Shown here piece after piece: positions 1-10,716 of a stretch of DNA of 64,000 nucleotides. The notes beneath the pieces were generated by a model. The model ran no database searches and was not told the DNA's origin. It saw nothing but the letters and a program-made list of their open reading frames with translations. Position 1 is the first letter of the stretch. Each line of letters begins with the position of its first letter. Made by a program: the position numbers and the translations under genes. Origin of the DNA: Azolla caroliniana (lineage: Eukaryota > Plantae > Polypodiophyta). The stretch is taken from positions 1-64,000 of the forward strand of contig JBHGNT010000115.1 in the NCBI GenBank assembly GCA_043228905.1. The letters run 5' to 3'.

Positions 1-1
1 A

Positions 2-3000
2 CAATACATCAACGGGGCGATTCATTCATTAGGAATTTCTATTGATACTTATATAGAGGAAGTAGACTTCCATGTAATGAATCTTTGTACCACCGATGTA
101 ATACTGGGTTATCCCTGGTTTTATAATAAAAACTCTTCTTTATTTATTGATTGGGTTCGACATTCCATTTCTTTTGTACTGAACGATTGTACGCATTTTA
201 TTCAATGTGTAAAAAAACAATCCCTCTCGATTGTTTCCTCGTGTCCATCAATATCCGAGTTGTCTTGTTCTACGTTATTTTATTGTGTACTTGATCCGGA
301 CATTCACGTTTACAATATCGATAATGTCCCGATTCAGTTAACATATTTTGAACAACAACAACTTGATGAAATCTTAAATGATTTTCATGATGTTTTTCCA
401 AGTGAACTACCTGATGGGTTACCTCCTAAACGTAATATAGACCATCGTATAGATATTGTACCTGGTGTTGCACCAATAAGTATACCTCCGTATCGCTTAA
501 GTCGATCCGAAGAAGATGAGGTATCTAAGCAACTCAAGGACTATTTACGAATGGGTTATATACGTTATAGTAAATCTCCATGGGGTGCACCAGTTCTCTT
601 GGTTAAAAAGAAAGAGGGCACATGGCGTATGTGTATTAATTACCGACGCTTGAATAAAGTGACGATCAAGAATTCGTATCCATTGCCCCGGGCTGACGAT
701 CTAATTGACCGTCTCCAGGGAGCTCGGTATTTTACGAAACTTGATCTCCGAACTGGCTACCATCAAATACGAATAAGTGAGGACGATGTTCCTAAAACGG
801 CATTTCGTACGCGCTATGGCCATTACGAGTTTTTGGTTATGCCTTTTGGTTTGACCAATGCTCCGGCTACTTTCCAACAAGAAATGAATGACATTTTCCG
901 AGAACAACTTGGAAAATTTGTCGTTATTTTCTTGGATGATATTTTAGTTTATAGCCGTACATTACAAGAACATGCTAGACATGTCCGCTTTGTTTTACAA
1001 ACATTGCGTGACAAACAGTTTTATGCGAAGATCTCAAAATGTGAGTTCTTCAAGAAATCAATTACTTATCTAGGACATCTCATAACCGAACGAGGAGTTG
1101 AAATTGATCCTTCTCGCATTGAGAAAATCAAGCTTTGGCCCACTCTTCGGAATATTCGAGAAGTTCGATCATTCCTTGGTTTTGTGGGGTTTTTGCGAAA
1201 GTCTCTTCGTAATTACTCCCAATTGACGACGCCGTTTACTGATCTTTTAAAAGGTCAAACGCGTAAGTCTACAAAACCTATTGTGTGGAATGCTACACTA
1301 GACCTTGCATTTAAGGAACTCAAGGACCTGGTTTGCAAGGCTCCTTCACTTCTTTTACCCGATCCTTCAAAACCTTTTGAGGTTGAAACCGATGCAAGCG
1401 ATTATGCTATAGGTGCTGTCTTGTATCAAGATGGTAAACCAATAGCATTCGAGAGTAAGAAACTTGATTCTGCTCAATGTCGGTATACCGTTCAAGAAAA
1501 GGAATTATTTGCAGTTATACATGCGCTCAAAACATGGCGCCATTATCTTTATGGAAATCACTTTGTGGTAACTACGGACCACGAGTCCTTGAAATATTTT
1601 TGTGACCAACAAGACCTGAAAGGTCGTAAGGCACGATGGGCTGATCTCATCCAGGACTTTGATTTTTCCATACGATATCGTAAAGGTTCCATGAACATTG
1701 TCGCTGATGCACTAAGTCGCATCCGTGAAGTTAACACGCTTAGCTTCACTGAAATATCATCAGATCTTTATGATCACCTTCGAGGAAAGTATCCTGATGA
1801 CAGTTATTTCGCAAAATACTGGGCAAGAGTTGAGTCTGGAACAGACACCACCACATCCTCGAAGGAATACTTCCACATTGCTAACGGTTTGCTCTACCGT
1901 AATGGGAAGGTTTGTGTTCCAGATTTACCCGAGGTCAAAAAGAGGATTCTTTTTGAATGCCATGATGCACCCTCCGCAGGGCACCCTGGAATACATCGTA
2001 CACTCGTTCTTATCTCCACTCAATTTTATTGGCCTAAGATGCGTCCTGACATACATAGCTATGTGACTAAATGTCACCAGTGTCAGGTTAACAAAGCCGA
2101 GCGACTTAAAGCCGCAGGACTTTTACATCCCTTGGACATTCCCAATAATAAGTGGGAAAGTATATCCATGGATTTTATTGTTAGCCTTCCTCGCACCCAA
2201 AAAGGTCATGATGCCATCTGGGTTGTCGTTGATCGACTAACTAAAATGGCCAGATTTATTGCTACTAAAACCACGGTAACAGCTCCTGAATTGGCTTACC
2301 AATTCGTTGACGAATTGTTTCGTTTTTATGGGTTACCGATGGATATCGTGAGTGATCGAGATCCAAAGTTTACTAGTGACTTCTGGACACAAGTCTTTAA
2401 GAAGTTAGAAACTACGTTGAGCATGAGCTCCACGGATCATCCTCAATCCGATGGACAGACAGAACGAGTAAATCAAATTATTGAGGACATGCTTCGAGCA
2501 TACGTTGGTGCAAAACCAACAAAATGGGAACGTTATCTCCCAATTTTGGAGTTTGCTTATAACAGCTCCAAGCATACGTCGACGGGATATAGTCCTTTTA
2601 TGTTGATGTATGGTTTTCAGCCACGAGCCCCGATTGATGTTACTATACATCATGATGAGTTGCGAAGTACGCAAAACTTTCTTCGGGATATGCAAGATAT
2701 GTTGCATATTGCACGAGATAATATAAAAACAGCTCAAGATAGAGCGCGTTTTTATGCCGATCATCATAGGCAACCTCGTGTATTCAACCCTGGACAGAAG
2801 GTATTTTTACGTGTACCTCACAATTCTAAGACATTGTCTACGGGTAAGTGCGCTAAGTTAGCCCCACGGTTTTGTGGACCTTTTACAGTCCTCAAACGCA
2901 TTGGGTCATCAGCCTATCGTCTCGCTCTTCCCGATGGTGTCGGAATTCATCCAGTCTTTCATGTGAGTCGTCTAAAAGAACTTCTAGGTTCTGGCGACAA

Positions 3001-3250
3001 TACAGTTACGACTGAAACTCTGGTTACTTCTGAAGAATTATCTTCTAAACCACATGTGCCAGAAAGAATTCTCGATGTTAAAACAAAAAAATTACGTACT
3101 AAAGAAATCCGAGAATTCAAAATAAAATGGATGGATAAATCAATAAAAGATGCCACATGGGAACGCGAAAATACTCTTAGAACTAACTTCCCTAACTTTC
3201 CATTGCAAGAGTGCAATGTTTTAAAGAGGGGGAGTATGTTACGGGCATGA
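2..3250 (+). CDS. Pol of copy A (5'-partial): end of protease, RT, RNase H, integrase, chromodomain
   Basis: ORF 77..3250 is open from the window start; motifs [27 protein letters not shown] zinc finger, DDE core, GPF motif and C-terminal chromodomain (ERILD...FKIKW...ATWE). The stop codon lies 12-14 nt inside the LTR. Confidence 0.96.
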   Translation, partial: QYINGAIHSLGISIDTYIEEVDFHVMNLCTTDVILGYPWFYNKNSSLFIDWVRHSISFVLNDCTHFIQCVKKQSLSIVSSCPSISELSCSTLFYCVLDPDIHVYNIDNVPIQLTYFEQQQLDEILNDFHDVFPSELPDGLPPKRNIDHRIDIVPGVAPISIPPYRLSRSEEDEVSKQLKDYLRMGYIRYSKSPWGAPVLLVKKKEGTWRMCINYRRLNKVTIKNSYPLPRADDLIDRLQGARYFTKLDLRTGYHQIRISEDDVPKTAFRTRYGHYEFLVMPFGLTNAPATFQQEMNDIFREQLGKFVVIFLDDILVYSRTLQEHARHVRFVLQTLRDKQFYAKISKCEFFKKSITYLGHLITERGVEIDPSRIEKIKLWPTLRNIREVRSFLGFVGFLRKSLRNYSQLTTPFTDLLKGQTRKSTKPIVWNATLDLAFKELKDLVCKAPSLLLPDPSKPFEVETDASDYAIGAVLYQDGKPIAFESKKLDSAQCRYTVQEKELFAVIHALKTWRHYLYGNHFVVTTDHESLKYFCDQQDLKGRKARWADLIQDFDFSIRYRKGSMNIVADALSRIREVNTLSFTEISSDLYDHLRGKYPDDSYFAKYWARVESGTDTTTSSKEYFHIANGLLYRNGKVCVPDLPEVKKRILFECHDAPSAGHPGIHRTLVLISTQFYWPKMRPDIHSYVTKCHQCQVNKAERLKAAGLLHPLDIPNNKWESISMDFIVSLPRTQKGHDAIWVVVDRLTKMARFIATKTTVTAPELAYQFVDELFRFYGLPMDIVSDRDPKFTSDFWTQVFKKLETTLSMSSTDHPQSDGQTERVNQIIEDMLRAYVGAKPTKWERYLPILEFAYNSSKHTSTGYSPFMLMYGFQPRAPIDVTIHHDELRSTQNFLRDMQDMLHIARDNIKTAQDRARFYADHHRQPRVFNPGQKVFLRVPHNSKTLSTGKCAKLAPRFCGPFTVLKRIGSSAYRLALPDGVGIHPVFHVSRLKELLGSGDNTVTTETLVTSEELSSKPHVPERILDVKTKKLRTKEIREFKIKWMDKSIKDATWERENTLRTNFPNFPLQECNVLKRGSMLRA

Positions 3251-3692
3251 CCATATAATATCCCGTGGTAAGAATTTACCGTAGTATTCTATACACGTGG
3301 ATAAGTGTGAGGGTTAAATGAGAGTGTAAAGAAGGGGAGGATTACTTTTAATCCTCGGGATTGAGACAACCCATTAGGTCAAGTGTGAACTTGCCTGGGG
3401 GCCTTGGGTTTCGCTATAAATAAGAGGCCTAGCTACCCTCATTTGAGGATCTTTTGACTACATCGAGACTCTGCTCGTGTGGTGGGTCAACTCTTGTAGC
3501 GAGCGCGCCAGCACCAGGTACGACTCGACGCCACGGCGGTGGTATGGGACGCCGATCGAGGCTCGAGTCCGTCTCGATCCCTTCGCTCGGGGGTGGTCGG
3601 GTGGATCGGCACCCTTCTTTCACTTTCTCCTTTCTATCTATCTTTTCATTATCCTTATCTTAAGCTTACGTTAGTATCTATGATCTATAATA
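3237..3692 (+). repeat. LTR 1 (3' LTR of copy A), 456 bp, TGTTA...TAATA
   Basis: Begins 2 nt after the PPT; TATAAATA at 3415-3422; appears identical to LTRs 2-4. Confidence 0.96.
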
Positions 3693-3696
3693 TTTA

Positions 3697-4152
3697 TGTT
3701 ACGGGCATGACCATATAATATCCCGTGGTAAGAATTTACCGTAGTATTCTATACACGTGGATAAGTGTGAGGGTTAAATGAGAGTGTAAAGAAGGGGAGG
3801 ATTACTTTTAATCCTCGGGATTGAGACAACCCATTAGGTCAAGTGTGAACTTGCCTGGGGGCCTTGGGTTTCGCTATAAATAAGAGGCCTAGCTACCCTC
3901 ATTTGAGGATCTTTTGACTACATCGAGACTCTGCTCGTGTGGTGGGTCAACTCTTGTAGCGAGCGCGCCAGCACCAGGTACGACTCGACGCCACGGCGGT
4001 GGTATGGGACGCCGATCGAGGCTCGAGTCCGTCTCGATCCCTTCGCTCGGGGGTGGTCGGGTGGATCGGCACCCTTCTTTCACTTTCTCCTTTCTATCTA
4101 TCTTTTCATTATCCTTATCTTAAGCTTACGTTAGTATCTATGATCTATAATA
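3697..4152 (+). repeat. LTR 2 (5' LTR of copy B)
   Basis: Direct repeat of LTR 1 at +460, separated from it only by TTTA; TATA box at 3875-3882. Confidence 0.96.
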
Positions 4153-4154
4153 TT

Positions 4155-4164
4155 TGGTATCAGA
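4155..4164 (+). promoter_or_regulatory. Primer-binding site complementary to the 3' end of tRNA-iMet (10 nt)
   Basis: TGGTATCAGA located 2 nt (TT) after the LTR end; matches the canonical plant iMet PBS TGGTATCAGAGC over 10 nt. Confidence 0.9.
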
Positions 4165-4399
4165 TTTTTGTACTAATGTTTCTTTGTTTTTCATTTGTCT
4201 TTTGATTGATGCTGATCGATCGTTGTGCGGTTGGCCTTGATCCAGACAACGATCAACAAAGAACTTCGGTAACTCTTTCCAGAATTTTTCTTTCTATTCT
4301 CTCTTCTCCCATCTAATCATGTGTTTAGTTTATATGTAATTTTTTTCATTAAATCAATGATGTTGTAGTGGTCTTTAATTGATTATCTAAAACGTTTAC

Positions 4400-4665
4400 A
4401 TATGTGCACGAGGTCAATACCTCGTTTGACATATTAATAATATGTGATGAGTGTCGTATGCGTACGAGGTTAATACCTCAATTACGTATTACGTTCACGA
4501 ACATATGTTACGTTTGCGTATGAGTTTAATACCTTAATTTGTTGTAAACGATATGCGTTTGGTCTCGTATGCGTAAGAGGTCAATACCTCCATTGCGTAT
4601 TACGATGATCTCTTATTTGTGGATGTTTCGTGTGCGTAGAGGTATATACCTCGATTACGTATCTT
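4400..4665 (+). repeat. Five degenerate ~56-bp hairpin repeats in the retrotransposon 5' leader (core GAGGT-N4-ACCTC)
   Basis: Cores at 4410-4423, 4466-4479, 4522-4535 (degenerate), 4577-4590 and 4639-4652; several are flanked by TGCGTA...TACGTA arms. Confidence 0.8.
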
Positions 4666-5840
4666 GATCACATCATTTGTGGCTATTTAATATAACGATA
4701 TGTTTAATATAGGCATATGTGGTCACATATATACGTATTTGATCGTATATATGTGAAAAGTAAACATATGTGTATATTCGTTATTACGTGATTATGTCGA
4801 AAGTTGTCATGGTCGGGAAAAGGATGTTGGTGGCCGTCCTCACATTTTTGTGAGAATGGCGTTGTCACCATTCCTTTTTCAACAATTTTTTATTGTTGAC
4901 AACCCCGTTGATGACCTCGATTTCGTTACGTAAAGAAACGCAATAGCCATAATGATGTTGAGTACGTAGGGCTTGACCCACTTCAAGTGAGGTCGCTCCA
5001 ATGACGCACGTATCCAACATCCCTCCCTCGTTACATGGATACGATGCCACCATGAGCTCGTTCTTACGAGAGGCATTCGTAATGACGTGACCATGTGATG
5101 GCCCACGTGAGCCTACTACGAAACGAGGGCTCATTTGGCTTCACCATTAGGTTGCACTTTGGCGTATGCCATCGTAATTACGAGACTTGAGGTTAGGTAA
5201 CGTACCAACATAGTGTTGGTAAATGAGGGCGAAATAAGGACCCTTGACATATATGTTCTTTTAAAAAAACGTATATGATCAATTGCCTCGCATATCTCTT
5301 ATACGCATCAAACATTAAGCATTCGAGAAGAGCAACTTACTTGGTTGGCTCAAGTGTTTAATGTATTTGTTCTCGAGGTCTCGAGTTCAAATATGACCAA
5401 GACCATACAACATCCTTGATACATATGACTATAACACATGTTTAGACTTAAGGTCTAAGTGCACCTCGGGGTCCTCGTAATAGGACTTAAAGAGCCGAAA
5501 CCACTTATGTGGGCACCGAAACATAGTTTATTGTTAACATTTTTTTTCGTGTATAAACTATTCATGACGCGAACATACATGGTTGAGCCTCGGGGAGCCA
5601 CCATGAAAAAATCGATATAGAGATCAGGGAAAGACATTTATTTGTCACCCCCATGGTTTTTAAAACACCTTTGTGTTACCATAGTAACCTGATCTCGAAC
5701 CTCATCTCATACGTCTAGAGGGGTATTGACGTGAGATAATGATATCGATTAATGCTCGCCCATGATATGTTTACATCACGACATGATGTTATGACTATAT
5801 CTCTGACCTTATCCTATTTCTTTTCCAGAAATAATCTTTA

Positions 5841-8800
5841 ATGGCTCAAATTAACGACCCGATGTCATCCGCTCAAGCGGAAGGAACTCAAGGGAATCCT
5901 CCTGGACAAATGTCCACTGAGATGTATTTGGCACAAATAACCCAATACCTTAGTTTCACCGCTCAACAGATGACTGAACTTCGGCAATCTCAGAGTGCTC
6001 TTGAGGCACGTGTCATTAGTCTACAACGTGAGACTAATAGACCTGATGAGCGACAAGGTGAACCATCATTTGTCGTTAAGCCATTTACGGGAGACAAAAA
6101 GGAAAGAACCGAAGAAGCAATCTGCACATGGCTTGGACGATGGGAGTCTCATTTTGAGCTCTATCCCACGCCAGATAGTACGAAGATTGCATATGTCGGC
6201 CGAGAACTCGGGGGTAAGGCCGCCGCTTGGTGGCGTGGCCTCCGTACTATGGGGAAATTGCCCGATACCTGGACAGATTTTGTCACGGTTTTTAAGGGCC
6301 AATTTCTGCAACCTCCCTCTCGAACCGAGGCAGCACAAGCTTTAATGAACCTCTCTAGCAGGAAATTTTCCTCGCTAGAAGACTATGTTCACCATGCTAG
6401 AACCCAAATCCAAAAATCGGGTCTAGAAGGGGACAATTGGTTGATAGCTTGTTTTGTCAATGGCATCCCCAATTCGGACTATCACTGGATAGTGCACGAT
6501 AAGGATCCAAAATCCTTCGAAGAGGCCGTTGAAATAGTTCTTCGCTATCAACGCACTTCGAAGAAGGACCATAACAAACCCAACGAAGTGCCCGGGACTA
6601 AGCAGTCGCAATTTGTTGGGAAACGCAAGACACCCAACGAATTCCTGGATCGCGATTGTAAGCGACAACATCCTTTTTGTGTATTCTGCAAAAAGAAGGG
6701 TCATACAAAAGATCAATGTCGAAAGCTCCAACGGAAAGAGCACGACAACAAAGCTAAAGCTGCAGACCATAAAGGTCAGATTCCTAATGTCCTTCAGGTC
6801 TATACACACCATTTAAGTAATTGTCAATGTTCTTTTCCTCACTATGTATTGGGTCCCAATGATTTACTACGTGCAAACGGGTATATCAATGGATCTCCAG
6901 TACAATTTTTATTTGATTCGGGAAGCTCACACAATTTTGTGAATGATCGTTTGGTTCAGATATGGGGAATCCAACCCACCGTAAGTGATCACACCTACAC
7001 GGTGCACTTGGCTGATGGAAGAGTACAATACATCAACGGGGCGATTCATTCATTAGGAATTTCTATTGATACTTATATAGAGGAAGTAGACTTCCATGTA
7101 ATGAATCTTTGTACCACCGATGTAATACTGGGTTATCCCTGGTTTTATAATAAAAACTCTTCTTTATTTATTGATTGGGTTCGACATTCCATTTCTTTTG
7201 TACTGAACGATTGTACGCATTTTATTCAATGTGTAAAAAAACAATCCCTCTCGATTGTTTCCTCGTGTCCATCAATATCCGAGTTGTCTTGTTCTACGTT
7301 ATTTTATTGTGTACTTGATCCGGACATTCACGTTTACAATATCGATAATGTCCCGATTCAGTTAACATATTTTGAACAACAACAACTTGATGAAATCTTA
7401 AATGATTTTCATGATGTTTTTCCAAGTGAACTACCTGATGGGTTACCTCCTAAACGTAATATAGACCATCGTATAGATATTGTACCTGGTGTTGCACCAA
7501 TAAGTATACCTCCGTATCGCTTAAGTCGATCCGAAGAAGATGAGGTATCTAAGCAACTCAAGGACTATTTACGAATGGGTTATATACGTTATAGTAAATC
7601 TCCATGGGGTGCACCAGTTCTCTTGGTTAAAAAGAAAGAGGGCACATGGCGTATGTGTATTAATTACCGACGCTTGAATAAAGTGACGATCAAGAATTCG
7701 TATCCATTGCCCCGGGCTGACGATCTAATTGACCGTCTCCAGGGAGCTCGGTATTTTACGAAACTTGATCTCCGAACTGGCTACCATCAAATACGAATAA
7801 GTGAGGACGATGTTCCTAAAACGGCATTTCGTACGCGCTATGGCCATTACGAGTTTTTGGTTATGCCTTTTGGTTTGACCAATGCTCCGGCTACTTTCCA
7901 ACAAGAAATGAATGACATTTTCCGAGAACAACTTGGAAAATTTGTCGTTATTTTCTTGGATGATATTTTAGTTTATAGCCGTACATTACAAGAACATGCT
8001 AGACATGTCCGCTTTGTTTTACAAACATTGCGTGACAAACAGTTTTATGCGAAGATCTCAAAATGTGAGTTCTTCAAGAAATCAATTACTTATCTAGGAC
8101 ATCTCATAACCGAACGAGGAGTTGAAATTGATCCTTCTCGCATTGAGAAAATCAAGCTTTGGCCCACTCTTCGGAATATTCGAGAAGTTCGATCATTCCT
8201 TGGTTTTGTGGGGTTTTTGCGAAAGTCTCTTCGTAATTACTCCCAATTGACGACGCCGTTTACTGATCTTTTAAAAGGTCAAACGCGTAAGTCTACAAAA
8301 CCTATTGTGTGGAATGCTACACTAGACCTTGCATTTAAGGAACTCAAGGACCTGGTTTGCAAGGCTCCTTCACTTCTTTTACCCGATCCTTCAAAACCTT
8401 TTGAGGTTGAAACCGATGCAAGCGATTATGCTATAGGTGCTGTCTTGTATCAAGATGGTAAACCAATAGCATTCGAGAGTAAGAAACTTGATTCTGCTCA
8501 ATGTCGGTATACCGTTCAAGAAAAGGAATTATTTGCAGTTATACATGCGCTCAAAACATGGCGCCATTATCTTTATGGAAATCACTTTGTGGTAACTACG
8601 GACCACGAGTCCTTGAAATATTTTTGTGACCAACAAGACCTGAAAGGTCGTAAGGCACGATGGGCTGATCTCATCCAGGACTTTGATTTTTCCATACGAT
8701 ATCGTAAAGGTTCCATGAACATTGTCGCTGATGCACTAAGTCGCATCCGTGAAGTTAACACGCTTAGCTTCACTGAAATATCATCAGATCTTTATGATCA

Positions 8801-10274
8801 CCTTCGAGGAAAGTATCCTGATGACAGTTATTTCGCAAAATACTGGGCAAGAGTTGAGTCTGGAACAGACACCACCACATCCTCGAAGGAATACTTCCAC
8901 ATTGCTAACGGTTTGCTCTACCGTAATGGGAAGGTTTGTGTTCCAGATTTACCCGAGGTCAAAAAGAGGATTCTTTTTGAATGCCATGATGCACCCTCCG
9001 CAGGGCACCCTGGAATACATCGTACACTCGTTCTTATCTCCACTCAATTTTATTGGCCTAAGATGCGTCCTGACATACATAGCTATGTGACTAAATGTCA
9101 CCAGTGTCAGGTTAACAAAGCCGAGCGACTTAAAGCCGCAGGACTTTTACATCCCTTGGACATTCCCAATAATAAGTGGGAAAGTATATCCATGGATTTT
9201 ATTGTTAGCCTTCCTCGCACCCAAAAAGGTCATGATGCCATCTGGGTTGTCGTTGATCGACTAACTAAAATGGCCAGATTTATTGCTACTAAAACCACGG
9301 TAACAGCTCCTGAATTGGCTTACCAATTCGTTGACGAATTGTTTCGTTTTTATGGGTTACCGATGGATATCGTGAGTGATCGAGATCCAAAGTTTACTAG
9401 TGACTTCTGGACACAAGTCTTTAAGAAGTTAGAAACTACGTTGAGCATGAGCTCCACGGATCATCCTCAATCCGATGGACAGACAGAACGAGTAAATCAA
9501 ATTATTGAGGACATGCTTCGAGCATACGTTGGTGCAAAACCAACAAAATGGGAACGTTATCTCCCAATTTTGGAGTTTGCTTATAACAGCTCCAAGCATA
9601 CGTCGACGGGATATAGTCCTTTTATGTTGATGTATGGTTTTCAGCCACGAGCCCCGATTGATGTTACTATACATCATGATGAGTTGCGAAGTACGCAAAA
9701 CTTTCTTCGGGATATGCAAGATATGTTGCATATTGCACGAGATAATATAAAAACAGCTCAAGATAGAGCGCGTTTTTATGCCGATCATCATAGGCAACCT
9801 CGTGTATTCAACCCTGGACAGAAGGTATTTTTACGTGTACCTCACAATTCTAAGACATTGTCTACGGGTAAGTGCGCTAAGTTAGCCCCACGGTTTTGTG
9901 GACCTTTTACAGTCCTCAAACGCATTGGGTCATCAGCCTATCGTCTCGCTCTTCCCGATGGTGTCGGAATTCATCCAGTCTTTCATGTGAGTCGTCTAAA
10001 AGAACTTCTAGGTTCTGGCGACAATACAGTTACGACTGAAACTCTGGTTACTTCTGAAGAATTATCTTCTAAACCACATGTGCCAGAAAGAATTCTCGAT
10101 GTTAAAACAAAAAAATTACGTACTAAAGAAATCCGAGAATTCAAAATAAAATGGATGGATAAATCAATAAAAGATGCCACATGGGAACGCGAAAATACTC
10201 TTAGAACTAACTTCCCTAACTTTCCATTGCAAGAGTGCAATGTTTTAAAGAGGGGGAGTATGTTACGGGCATGA
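5841..10274 (+). CDS. Gag-Pol polyprotein (1477 aa, single frame): Gag/CCHC, aspartic protease, RT, RNase H, integrase, chromodomain
   Basis: [14 protein letters not shown] zinc knuckle; [10 protein letters not shown] protease; FLDD RT; DAS RNase H; integrase downstream of RT (Ty3 order) with GPF motif and chromodomain. Confidence 0.98.
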   Translation: MAQINDPMSSAQAEGTQGNPPGQMSTEMYLAQITQYLSFTAQQMTELRQSQSALEARVISLQRETNRPDERQGEPSFVVKPFTGDKKERTEEAICTWLGRWESHFELYPTPDSTKIAYVGRELGGKAAAWWRGLRTMGKLPDTWTDFVTVFKGQFLQPPSRTEAAQALMNLSSRKFSSLEDYVHHARTQIQKSGLEGDNWLIACFVNGIPNSDYHWIVHDKDPKSFEEAVEIVLRYQRTSKKDHNKPNEVPGTKQSQFVGKRKTPNEFLDRDCKRQHPFCVFCKKKGHTKDQCRKLQRKEHDNKAKAADHKGQIPNVLQVYTHHLSNCQCSFPHYVLGPNDLLRANGYINGSPVQFLFDSGSSHNFVNDRLVQIWGIQPTVSDHTYTVHLADGRVQYINGAIHSLGISIDTYIEEVDFHVMNLCTTDVILGYPWFYNKNSSLFIDWVRHSISFVLNDCTHFIQCVKKQSLSIVSSCPSISELSCSTLFYCVLDPDIHVYNIDNVPIQLTYFEQQQLDEILNDFHDVFPSELPDGLPPKRNIDHRIDIVPGVAPISIPPYRLSRSEEDEVSKQLKDYLRMGYIRYSKSPWGAPVLLVKKKEGTWRMCINYRRLNKVTIKNSYPLPRADDLIDRLQGARYFTKLDLRTGYHQIRISEDDVPKTAFRTRYGHYEFLVMPFGLTNAPATFQQEMNDIFREQLGKFVVIFLDDILVYSRTLQEHARHVRFVLQTLRDKQFYAKISKCEFFKKSITYLGHLITERGVEIDPSRIEKIKLWPTLRNIREVRSFLGFVGFLRKSLRNYSQLTTPFTDLLKGQTRKSTKPIVWNATLDLAFKELKDLVCKAPSLLLPDPSKPFEVETDASDYAIGAVLYQDGKPIAFESKKLDSAQCRYTVQEKELFAVIHALKTWRHYLYGNHFVVTTDHESLKYFCDQQDLKGRKARWADLIQDFDFSIRYRKGSMNIVADALSRIREVNTLSFTEISSDLYDHLRGKYPDDSYFAKYWARVESGTDTTTSSKEYFHIANGLLYRNGKVCVPDLPEVKKRILFECHDAPSAGHPGIHRTLVLISTQFYWPKMRPDIHSYVTKCHQCQVNKAERLKAAGLLHPLDIPNNKWESISMDFIVSLPRTQKGHDAIWVVVDRLTKMARFIATKTTVTAPELAYQFVDELFRFYGLPMDIVSDRDPKFTSDFWTQVFKKLETTLSMSSTDHPQSDGQTERVNQIIEDMLRAYVGAKPTKWERYLPILEFAYNSSKHTSTGYSPFMLMYGFQPRAPIDVTIHHDELRSTQNFLRDMQDMLHIARDNIKTAQDRARFYADHHRQPRVFNPGQKVFLRVPHNSKTLSTGKCAKLAPRFCGPFTVLKRIGSSAYRLALPDGVGIHPVFHVSRLKELLGSGDNTVTTETLVTSEELSSKPHVPERILDVKTKKLRTKEIREFKIKWMDKSIKDATWERENTLRTNFPNFPLQECNVLKRGSMLRA
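10247..10258 (+). promoter_or_regulatory. Polypurine tract of copy B
   Basis: AAAGAGGGGGAG preceded by TTTT and followed by TA, then the LTR start. Confidence 0.9.
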
Positions 10275-10716
10275 CCATATAATATCCCGTGGTAAGAATT
10301 TACCGTAGTATTCTATACACGTGGATAAGTGTGAGGGTTAAATGAGAGTGTAAAGAAGGGGAGGATTACTTTTAATCCTCGGGATTGAGACAACCCATTA
10401 GGTCAAGTGTGAACTTGCCTGGGGGCCTTGGGTTTCGCTATAAATAAGAGGCCTAGCTACCCTCATTTGAGGATCTTTTGACTACATCGAGACTCTGCTC
10501 GTGTGGTGGGTCAACTCTTGTAGCGAGCGCGCCAGCACCAGGTACGACTCGACGCCACGGCGGTGGTATGGGACGCCGATCGAGGCTCGAGTCCGTCTCG
10601 ATCCCTTCGCTCGGGGGTGGTCGGGTGGATCGGCACCCTTCTTTCACTTTCTCCTTTCTATCTATCTTTTCATTATCCTTATCTTAAGCTTACGTTAGTA
10701 TCTATGATCTATAATA
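10261..10716 (+). repeat. LTR 3, shared between copy B (3' LTR) and deleted unit C (5' LTR)
   Basis: Preceded by a PPT and followed by TT + PBS. Confidence 0.95.

Larger units (their letters stand above)
1..3692 (+). mobile_element. Ty3/Gypsy chromovirus copy A (3' part; 5' part lies upstream of the window)
   Basis: Sequence repeats at +7024 (7025-10716) with an identical translated ORF; ends with PPT AAAGAGGGGGAG (3223-3234) and LTR 3237-3692. Confidence 0.97.
3697..10716 (+). mobile_element. Full-length intact Ty3/Gypsy chromovirus copy B (7020 bp)
   Basis: LTR 3697-4152, PBS, ~1.7-kb leader, uninterrupted gag-pol ORF, PPT, LTR 10261-10716; the two LTRs appear identical. Confidence 0.98.

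Noticed and set aside
3429-4205. Short ORFs in the LTRs and antisense or alternate-frame ORFs within pol
   Set aside because: They recur only because the element is repeated and carry no recognisable domains.
4400-4665. CRISPR-like appearance (palindromic repeats at regular spacing)
   Set aside because: Eukaryotic retrotransposon leader; the repeats are degenerate, the spacers are partly related to each other, and no cas genes are present.
7951-7965. RT motif FLDD instead of YxDD as a sign of inactivity or novelty
   Set aside because: FxDD is common in plant Ty3 elements and is present in all complete RT copies here.
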